A stretch of DNA of 26,812 nt, from IMG/VR virus record IMGVR_UViG_3300044535_001310, positions 1 to 26,812 of that record. One strand, given 5' to 3'. Origin of the DNA: a virus (Duplodnaviria; Caudoviricetes). The position numbers and the translations under genes are program-made. The stretch's first letter is position 1, and each line of letters starts with the position of its first letter. This document shows, in pieces, positions 1 to 7,287 of the stretch. Below the pieces are notes generated by a model, which saw only the letters and a program-made list of their open reading frames with translations, did no database searches and was not told where the DNA came from.

Positions 1-2759
1 TCTGTTCCGCTAGTTCCTGATGAACCACTTGAACCCGAAGACCCTGAAGTTCCACTTGAACCCGATGTTCCTGACGAACCACTAGTTCCACTACTACCAC
101 TAATTCCTGAAGAACCGCTGGTTCCACTTGAACCTGATGTTCCTGAACTACCATCTGTTCCGCTTGTCCCTGATGAACCACTTGTACCACTTGAACCTGA
201 CGTACCTGAACTTCCTGACGAACCGCTGGTTCCACTACTACCACTAATTCCTGAAGAACCGCTGGTTCCGCTTGAACCTGATGTTCCCGAACTACCATCT
301 GTTCCGCTAGTTCCGCTGGAACCGCTTGACCCTGATGAACCACTTGTTCCGCTTGAACCTGATGTTCCACTACTTCCTGATGAACCGCTTGACCCTGATG
401 AACCACTTGTTCCGCTACTACCACTACTTCCTGATGAACCACTTGAACCTGACGTTCCTGAACTACCTGAAATCCCGCTTGTTCCTGATGAACCCGAAGT
501 TCCTGAAGAACCACTTGAACCTGACAAACCTGAACTACCACTCGTACCACTACTACCATCCGTTCCGCTTGTTCCACTACTTCCGCTAGTTCCACTTGAA
601 CCTGAAGTTCCTGAAGAACCGTTAATACCACTTGTTCCTGATGAACCTGAAGTCCCACTACTACCATTAACACCACTTGTTCCGCTTGAACCTGAAGTTC
701 CCGAAGTTCCTGACGCACCGCTTACCCCTGAAGTTCCAGAACTTCCACTTGAACCTGATGTTCCTGAACTACCTGAAATCCCGCTTGTTCCTGATGAACC
801 TGATGTTCCTGATGAGCCCGAAGACCCTGAACTTCCTGAAGAACCTGAAGTCCCACTACTACCATCCGTTCCGCTTGTTCCACTACTTCCGCTAGTTCCG
901 CTTGAACCTGAAGTTCCTGAAGAACCGCTAATACCACTTGAACCGCTAGTTCCTGATGAACCATCTGTTCCACTAGTTCCTGATGAACCTGAAGTTCCAC
1001 TTGAACCATTTATACCTGATGTTCCCGAACTACCATCTGTTCCGCTAGTTCCTGATGAACCACTTGAACCTGATGTTCCTGAACTACCACTACTACCGCT
1101 TGTTCCCGATGAACCACTTGTTCCACTACTTCCACCAGTCCCTGAAGAACCACTTGTTCCACTTGAACCTGATGTTCCGCTAGTACCTGACGCTCCTGTT
1201 AATCCACTTGTCCCTGAAGACCCACTTGAACCGGATGTTCCTGAACTTCCTGATGAACCGCTTGAACCGCTAGTCCCTGATGAACCTGAACTACCGCTAG
1301 AACCTGAAGTTCCTGACGAGCCACTTGTACCACTTGAGCCTGAACTACCACTCGTACCACTACTACCATCTGTTCCACTTGTTCCACTACTACCCGATGT
1401 TCCGCTAGTTCCACTTGAACCTGAAGAACCACTTGTCCCACTACTACCCGATGTTCCTGAAGAACCATCTGTTCCACTACTACCACTAGTTCCGCTTGAA
1501 CCACTTGTTCCGCTCGAACCTGAAGTTCCTGAAGAACCTGAAGTTCCGCTAGTACCTGACGCTCCTGTTAATCCACTAGTTCCTGAAGAACCTGATGTAC
1601 CACTACTACCCGATGTTCCTGAAGAACCTGATGTACCACTACTACCGCTTGTACCTGAACTACCATCTGTTCCGCTAGTCCCACTTGAACCCGAAGTCCC
1701 TGAAGAACCACTAGTTCCGCTTGAACCTGAGGTTCCACTACTCCCTGAACTTCCTGATGTCCCTGACGAACCTGATGTTCCTGAACTACCACTAGTTCCA
1801 CTTGAGCCTGATGTTCCTGACGAACCACTTGAACCATTTATACCTGAGGTTCCACTACTACCACTTGTTCCTGAAGAACCCGAACTACCACTTGTTCCAC
1901 CGGTAATATTAATTAAAACATTCCCGCCTCCATTATTAATAACGGAAGCACCGGAAAATGTCATACCTGTGACATTTGTTACCGTCACCCCTGAGGTTGC
2001 ATCATAAATTGTCAAAGGACTTCCTCCTCCTCCACTTGTAAATCCTGTTACAATAACTGGAGAACCATTACTATTATTTAATGTAAGTGTACCCGTTCCA
2101 CTATTATATGTCCCACCAGTAACCGTTCCATTAAATCCTGATATTGAGATTGTTCCCCCCGTATTATTATATAAATCTAAAGTTGTAATTGCGGAAAAAT
2201 AAGTTCCTCCCGTTATTTGGATGTCACTACCCCAAAATATTTTCCATCTCGCGTCATTACGATTAACACCATTAACTCCTTCAATTGTAGAACCAGTCCA
2301 TGCACTTATAAAATCTCTTCCGGCTTGAGAACGAGCATTTACCGTAGTAAATGTTGATGTTTGAGTAATAGCAGAAACACCTGTAAGACCTGTAAGTGAT
2401 GCCCACAAAGAATCATAATTCGGGATACTATATTGGTAAACCGTATCTGTTTCTTGAACATAAACCTGCATACCTAATCTTCGTCTTCCTGAAGATATAT
2501 TATCAGAATTTAGAGTTAATTGTGTATATTGTATACCAACATTAGGTTGTACTGCAATAACAATTGGGATTGTATTAGCAGATAGAGTTTGAGACCCAGT
2601 ACCGCTGAAAGTTAATCTTAGATTTTCTAAATAATAAACCTCCATGTAACCTCCAACTTGAGAAACCGAAAAATTGGTTCCTTGCGTACTGGTTAAAGCT
2701 ACTCCTTCAGGTGCCGATAATGAAGTTAATGAAGTGGGATTTTTATATGGAAATGACAT
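1..2759 (-). CDS. Gly-X-Y (Gly-Ser/Thr-Ser) repeat fibre-like protein, 3'-partial (>=919 aa); absent from the ORF track
   Basis: Translated by hand from ATG at 2759: MSFPYKNPTSLTSLSAPEG...RRRLGMQVYVQETDTVYQY...NVLINITGGTSGSSGSSGTSGSSGTSGINGSSG... The frame stays open to the window edge (last full codon 3-5). Starts 23 nt after the TAA of the upstream gene. Confidence 0.92.
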   Translation of the reverse strand, partial: MSFPYKNPTSLTSLSAPEGVALTSTQGTNFSVSQVGGYMEVYYLENLRLTFSGTGSQTLSANTIPIVIAVQPNVGIQYTQLTLNSDNISSGRRRLGMQVYVQETDTVYQYSIPNYDSLWASLTGLTGVSAITQTSTFTTVNARSQAGRDFISAWTGSTIEGVNGVNRNDARWKIFWGSDIQITGGTYFSAITTLDLYNNTGGTISISGFNGTVTGGTYNSGTGTLTLNNSNGSPVIVTGFTSGGGGSPLTIYDATSGVTVTNVTGMTFSGASVINNGGGNVLINITGGTSGSSGSSGTSGSSGTSGINGSSGSSGTSGSSGTSGSSGTSGSSGTSGSSGSSGTSGSSGTSGSSGTSGSSGTSGTDGSSGTSGSSGTSGSSGTSGSSGTSGSSGTSGLTGASGTSGTSGSSGTSGSSGTSGSSGTSGSSGTDGSSGTSGSSGTSGSSGSSGTSGTSGSSGTSGTDGSSGTSGSSGSSGTSGSSGTSGSSGSSGSSGTSGSSGSSGSSGTSGSSGSSGTSGLTGASGTSGTSGSSGTSGSSGTGGSSGTSGSSGTSGSSGSSGTSGSSGSSGTSGTDGSSGTSGINGSSGTSGSSGTSGTDGSSGTSGSSGISGSSGTSGSSGTSGSSGTSGTDGSSGTSGSSGSSGSSGSSGTSGSSGTSGISGSSGTSGSSGSSGTSGVSGASGTSGTSGSSGTSGVNGSSGTSGSSGTSGINGSSGTSGSSGTSGSSGTSGTDGSSGTSGSSGLSGSSGSSGTSGSSGTSGISGSSGTSGSSGSSGSSGSSGTSGSSGSSGSSGSSGTSGSSGTSGSSGSSGSSGTSGTDGSSGTSGSSGTSGSSGISGSSGTSGSSGSSGTSGSSGTSGSSGTSGTDGSSGTSGSSGTSGSSGISGSSGTSGSSGTSGSSGTSGSSGSSGSSGTSGT
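6..1898 (-). repeat. 9-bp-period coding repeat, ~211 Gly-X-Y triplets (mostly GSS/GTS, with GTD, GIS, GIN, GVN, GAS, GLT)
   Basis: Gly codons lie in the same mod-9 register at 6-8, 1131-1133, 1185-1205 and 1896-1898. Near-identical blocks recur at offsets of 63, 144, 306, 369 and 828 nt, all multiples of 9. Confidence 0.95.
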
Positions 2760-2782
2760 TTACACTATATTTAATTAAATTT

Positions 2783-3892
2783 TTATATCTTAGTTTCACC
2801 TCTGAAAAACAATGAACCTGTTAATGGTGTACCACCCGGTAATGTATACTGAGGACTAACCCAAAGTACTCTATAAGTACCAGCAGGTATTGCCGCTCCT
2901 GATGTTACCGTAACATTTAATGCAGTTAATGAAGTTACAGTTCCAATATTTGCATAGATATCTTGACTTCCGGCTAAAGTTCCAACATCATTCGTCATGT
3001 CACTTATTGCACCACCAACACCGGCTAATGGTATCCATATACTATAGAAATATTGAATTGAAGGATTAACTACCGCTGAACTAACTTGAATTGAACCATA
3101 TGTATAAATATTTTGAGCAAGCCCATTAATAACTTGTCCTGGCGTTTGAGCAATTAGCGAACTAAATGTAACAGGTGTTACGAAATTACCACCACCACTA
3201 ACAAAAGATGGTTGGTGAGCATAAATATTTAAGTCATTACTATAATTTCCTCCTGTGTTATTTGGTGGTGAAGAAAGTCCATAAAAACTCCACCATTGAA
3301 CCGCACCGTTTGCCGAAGCATATGCTAATAAAGTCGAATCATCAGTTGATGTTTGAGGTTCCGCGAATAAATAAGCATAATAAAGTCCTTGAGTTGGAGA
3401 CGGCGTAATTGTTGGAGTAGGTGTAGGTGAACTTGTTTTTGTTGGTGTAATTGTAGGAGTTGATGTAATTGTCGGTGTTGGACTAGGAGATAGTCCAGGA
3501 GTAAGAGTTGGTGTTGGCGTTGGTGTTGAAGTTGTGGTTGGAGTTACAGTTGGCGTCGTTGTAGGAGTTGATGTAATTGTCGGTGTTGGACTAGGAGATA
3601 ATCCAGGAGTTACAGTTGGTGTTGGCGTAATCGTTGGTGTTGGAGTCGGTGTTGGACTACTACATGGAATAAGTTCAAATAATTCGCATCCGTTAGCGTC
3701 AACTAATGTTAGTAATATTTCAGGTGCCGTTTCAAATATTGACGGAATAGTTGTGGTATAAAATAACGCAGGCGGTACAGGACCAGATGTTATTGTTGTT
3801 AAATGACTTTTATTATTCCCATAAACATCTGAGATAAAAACATCAATTGGATAAGTTCCGCCCGAAATATTTGTTATTCGTATTTGTACCAT
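2783..3892 (-). CDS. Putative virion decoration/fibre protein: small N-terminal beta domain, Pro/Thr linker, C-terminal domain (369 aa)
   Basis: ORF track. N-domain ends LVDANGC (SprB-like motif), followed by ~90 aa of PT/PS repeats and a G/S/T/aromatic-rich C-domain. No signal peptide seen. Confidence 0.8.
   Translation of the reverse strand: MVQIRITNISGGTYPIDVFISDVYGNNKSHLTTITSGPVPPALFYTTTIPSIFETAPEILLTLVDANGCELFELIPCSSPTPTPTPTITPTPTVTPGLSPSPTPTITSTPTTTPTVTPTTTSTPTPTPTLTPGLSPSPTPTITSTPTITPTKTSSPTPTPTITPSPTQGLYYAYLFAEPQTSTDDSTLLAYASANGAVQWWSFYGLSSPPNNTGGNYSNDLNIYAHQPSFVSGGGNFVTPVTFSSLIAQTPGQVINGLAQNIYTYGSIQVSSAVVNPSIQYFYSIWIPLAGVGGAISDMTNDVGTLAGSQDIYANIGTVTSLTALNVTVTSGAAIPAGTYRVLWVSPQYTLPGGTPLTGSLFFRGETKI
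3392..3661 (-). repeat. Pro/Thr-rich linker with internal 108-nt-offset duplication
   Basis: (PT)n/TPTITPT repeats; [17 protein letters not shown] occurs twice and gtaggagttgatgtaattgtcggtgttggactaggagata is identical at 3453 and 3561. Confidence 0.9.
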
Positions 3893-3896
3893 TAAC

Positions 3897-3904
3897 TATA
3901 AATA
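3897..3904 (-). promoter_or_regulatory. TATTTATA element, putative late promoter/initiation signal
   Basis: Minus strand reads GTATTTATAGTTA-ATG, 4 nt before the start at 3892; the same motif precedes other structural genes. Confidence 0.6.
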
Positions 3905-4071
3905 CACCAATGTTATAATTGCGTTAGAATAAAATTAAACCTTTAAATTCAAATATTAAATAAATGAAATATCACAACAATATAGTGTTTGAGATATTCC
4001 CATAATTAACTATATGTCTCCGCCTGCGGTTTTATAATAAATTTCTCCACTCTCTTTATGTGAATATTTTA

Positions 4072-7000
4072 TTAAGGTCCTACTGTTAATATCAAGTTTC
4101 CAACATTTGGACCCGTACCCCAAGTCCAAATGTATGTACCAACAGTACAACCTAAACTAGATAATGTTCTTCCTATATAAGTTGTTTCTGTTGTTAAGAT
4201 GCCACGCGAAACATATCCTCCAGGAACAATTAATTGGACATCAGTAGGTCCTGCATATACAATACCAACTTTATCACCACTTCCTGAATTAGCCACGAGA
4301 ACAGTTCCTGAACCAAAATTACTTGGGTAAGTACTTATACCCGTATAAGGTTGAGTAGATGTTAATGTTGCAATACCACTAGTAAAGGTTGCTATATTAG
4401 GAACAATAAACGAAGTAGAAGTACCCCCTCCTCCAATTGTTAAAGCGGAAATATTGAATTCACCAGTTCCCGACATTATTACATTAGAACCTGACTGAAA
4501 TAATCTCATTTGAAAAATAGAACCAGTTAGAGGAGTACTACTTGGAGTTGGTGTATTAGTTATAGTTGGAGTAACTGTAGGTGTTGTAGTGTTGGTTGGC
4601 GTTGGAGTTGGAGTTTGACTTGTTGGTGTTATTGTTGGTGTTATTGTTGGAGTAGGTGTTAGTGTTGGAATTATCTGACATTCATCACAAGTATCAAAAA
4701 AAGTTGCATTACCGATTTGGTTATATATAGGATAAGTCGGATTATAATAAACACCTGTTACACACCCACTAAACGAATCTGTTTCAACATACCAGTTCTC
4801 CGAACCCATACTGATTGGGGGAGTAGGCGTGTCATATGGAATAATTAATGTAAAAACAGTATTACCAGAACATGCAGAAAAACTGCCAAAAAAATAGTTC
4901 GGACATTTTTGTGTACTTGGTGTCGAACATTCTTCACAACTTTGATAATTATTATCTATTTTAGAATTGGGAACATAATCATAAATAGGGTATAACGAAT
5001 TGTAAATAACATTAGTCACGCATCCACTATAAATATCGGTTTCTATATAGTATATTCCACCAATATTAAATGTTTCTGAGGTCTGAATGTTAATTTCATA
5101 ATATATTCGTTCACCCCCATCCCAATAACTTTGTTCACAACAACCGGTAAAACTATAAGTTGGACATTCACATAATATATCATATACTATCGTTAGTTCA
5201 ACAATAATTCTTTGCCCATTTAATCTAAAATCATCAGGAATTGTACTAATAGTTATTTGATTATTTTCGTCATCAATTACTACCCCTCCAATACCCGGAA
5301 CCGTTAATAATAAACTCGTAAGTGTATCATAGTAAAGACTATCAGTGGGTACGGAAGTTAATGTTGTTCCAGTAAAGAAATTTTCGCTTGTAGTAAAACC
5401 TGATGGATTTACAGAAATTTTAATCCCAAAAACAGCATTGTTTAGAGTACATCCACTTTCGTTACTTGTCAAATCATTAAACCCTTCATTTAACATTTGG
5501 AGTAATCCAAATTTAGATTGTGATTGTATTGTAAAATCTTCCCCTCCCATTACATATGTTTGGTAAGACACATAAAGAGCATCACAATTAATGGTTGTGC
5601 TCCTGTCCAAAGTACATCCATTACTATCCGTAATTGATAAGTTGTATGTACCAGCACTTAAATTACTAACCTCAATATCTTGAGGATTCCCGGGAACATT
5701 AGCCGACCAATTAAAGGTAAAAGGAGGAGTCCCACTTGAAATTAACGCAGTTAAAGTCCCTTCCGTTCCATTACCACAAGATGTACTATACAATGTAAAA
5801 TCCAAAGGGTCACTTGTGTTAACATACACTTGAGATGTTTGAACGCATCCAACATCATCAGTAACAGTAATGGTATGTTGTCCTGAAGACACATTGGTAA
5901 ATGTCACCGCAGATAAATTTGTGTTTAGAACATTTTGAATCCCATCTAAAGAAAAATCATAAGGGCTTACACCACCTTCAGTTCTCGTAACTAGTATTGA
6001 ACCATTATTTTGATTACAAGTTGTCCCGGTTGTTTCTGTAGAAATTGTGTAGGTATTTGTCGCAAATAATGTAACTTCTTCCATATACGAACAAGATGAT
6101 GAATCTTGAACAGCTACTGAATAGGTTCCTGAAGAAAGACCTGGAAATGTTTGAACAGTTTGAGGGCCAGTAAAATTTGAGGTATTCCCATTAGGAGAAA
6201 TTAAAGTGTAGATATATGGAGATGCTCCACCAATAACTGAAACTTGTATTGACCCATTAGTACTAGAGCAAGTTGAACCGATTGAACTAATATTAACCGA
6301 TGTCATACCTTGAGGTGAACTTATACTTGTTGAGGCAACGAATGAACATAATCCCGCATCTGTAACCTGAATCGAATAATTTCCCGGAGATAATCCATAT
6401 ATTGTCCAAGATGTACCATATTGTATTTGAACACCCCCTGTTGATGCGGAGTAATAATAAGGAGCAGTCCCTCCGGTAATTTGAATCGTGAGTGACCCGT
6501 CGGCAGCAAAACAATTAGGTGGTACTGCAGTAAATGTACCTAATCCTATTGGAGGTACATCAGTTATCGTGGCATTTTTAGTTACACTACACCCATACGC
6601 ATCGGTAATTGAAACCGAATATTGACCGGATGTTAAACCTGTTATTGTTGTTCCTGTGGCACCATTAGACCAATTATAAGTGTATGGTGGAGTCCCTGTA
6701 ACTCCTGTTATAAAAATCTTACCGATAGGTGTTCCTCCACAAGATGTGTTTGGAACAGTATATAATCCAAAATCTAAAGTATCCGAATTCTCAATTATAA
6801 AATTTTGACTATACCCTGTACATCCTCCTAAATCAACCACTTTCATATAATAAGTTCCACTACTTAAAGTACCGAAAATAACATTATTAATTGACGTAGT
6901 TGAGGACATAATATATATGTCATTAGAATCATATAAATAAAAATCAGTTGTTGAATAGTTTGAAGATGAACTACCTGTTACCGAACCATTACTTTGGGAA

Positions 7001-7287
7001 CATGTTGTTCCTTGGACTCCGAGTATACTTGCACACACCCCTGACGATACAGGTATACTAATACTTAAACTCTGTTGAAGAGTTAATGTACTATCAACAA
7101 CAGTTACATCATAGAAATTAGAGTTTAATGAAGTTCGTATTGATGGTCCAGAAGTAATTGTATCTGTCCCTAAATTTGGTGAAGCCCATTGTACAATGTA
7201 CGGAGGACTACCTCCGTTAATTGATAGAGATATGGCACCTGAACTATTACTTTGACAATCTCCCGTTACTAATACATTATAATTCAT
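4072..7287 (-). CDS. Mosaic fibre/adhesin-like protein: ~7 SprB-like repeats, shared domain, two Cys-rich modules, PT linker, C-terminal beta domain (1071 aa)
   Basis: Repeats such as SCGGTPIGKIFITGVTGTPPYTYNWSNGATGTTITGLTSGQYSVSITDAYGC fit the SprB repeat pattern (C..G.I....GG..PY.Y.W.....GL..G.Y.V.V.D..GC). TAATG overlap with the upstream gene. Confidence 0.85.
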   Translation of the reverse strand: MNYNVLVTGDCQSNSSGAISLSINGGSPPYIVQWASPNLGTDTITSGPSIRTSLNSNFYDVTVVDSTLTLQQSLSISIPVSSGVCASILGVQGTTCSQSNGSVTGSSSSNYSTTDFYLYDSNDIYIMSSTTSINNVIFGTLSSGTYYMKVVDLGGCTGYSQNFIIENSDTLDFGLYTVPNTSCGGTPIGKIFITGVTGTPPYTYNWSNGATGTTITGLTSGQYSVSITDAYGCSVTKNATITDVPPIGLGTFTAVPPNCFAADGSLTIQITGGTAPYYYSASTGGVQIQYGTSWTIYGLSPGNYSIQVTDAGLCSFVASTSISSPQGMTSVNISSIGSTCSSTNGSIQVSVIGGASPYIYTLISPNGNTSNFTGPQTVQTFPGLSSGTYSVAVQDSSSCSYMEEVTLFATNTYTISTETTGTTCNQNNGSILVTRTEGGVSPYDFSLDGIQNVLNTNLSAVTFTNVSSGQHTITVTDDVGCVQTSQVYVNTSDPLDFTLYSTSCGNGTEGTLTALISSGTPPFTFNWSANVPGNPQDIEVSNLSAGTYNLSITDSNGCTLDRSTTINCDALYVSYQTYVMGGEDFTIQSQSKFGLLQMLNEGFNDLTSNESGCTLNNAVFGIKISVNPSGFTTSENFFTGTTLTSVPTDSLYYDTLTSLLLTVPGIGGVVIDDENNQITISTIPDDFRLNGQRIIVELTIVYDILCECPTYSFTGCCEQSYWDGGERIYYEINIQTSETFNIGGIYYIETDIYSGCVTNVIYNSLYPIYDYVPNSKIDNNYQSCEECSTPSTQKCPNYFFGSFSACSGNTVFTLIIPYDTPTPPISMGSENWYVETDSFSGCVTGVYYNPTYPIYNQIGNATFFDTCDECQIIPTLTPTPTITPTITPTSQTPTPTPTNTTTPTVTPTITNTPTPSSTPLTGSIFQMRLFQSGSNVIMSGTGEFNISALTIGGGGTSTSFIVPNIATFTSGIATLTSTQPYTGISTYPSNFGSGTVLVANSGSGDKVGIVYAGPTDVQLIVPGGYVSRGILTTETTYIGRTLSSLGCTVGTYIWTWGTGPNVGNLILTVGP
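4530..4670 (-). repeat. Pro/Thr-rich linker in the 1071 aa protein
   Basis: [46 protein letters not shown]. Confidence 0.85.
5584..7284 (-). repeat. About seven tandem ~80 aa SprB-like repeats
   Basis: Unit-terminal motifs VVDST, VVDLGGC, ITDAYGC, VTDAGLC, VQDSSSC, VTDDVGC, ITDSNGC at ~80 aa spacing, most preceded by GG.(P/A/S)PY and L..G.Y. Confidence 0.85.

Noticed and set aside
326-1837. Five short ORFs from the track (326-589, 677-895, 722-1009, 1199-1504, 1568-1837)
   Set aside because: Shadow frames of the Gly-X-Y repeat; their low-complexity translations follow from the real frame.
1-1898. Possible CRISPR array or non-coding satellite
   Set aside because: No constant repeat with unique spacers; variation is concentrated at synonymous positions of a 9-nt coding period.
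1-1898. Bacterial ice-nucleation protein (InaZ-type)
   Set aside because: Period is 3 aa, not the 8/16 aa AGYGST-type repeat; no Tyr ladder.
1-1900. Long stop-free plus-strand frame encoding P-E-V/P-D-E/P-L-V repeats
   Set aside because: Automatic result of the antisense of Gly/Ser/Thr codons, which cannot create stops in that frame; no start context and opposite to all other genes.
3893-4071. tRNA or known ncRNA in the largest intergenic gap
   Set aside because: No cloverleaf or T-loop motif; very AT-rich with only weak hairpins.
3392-7287. Diversity-generating retroelement target/template pair
   Set aside because: Duplications are in-frame internal repeats without adenine-specific mismatches; no reverse transcriptase in the window.
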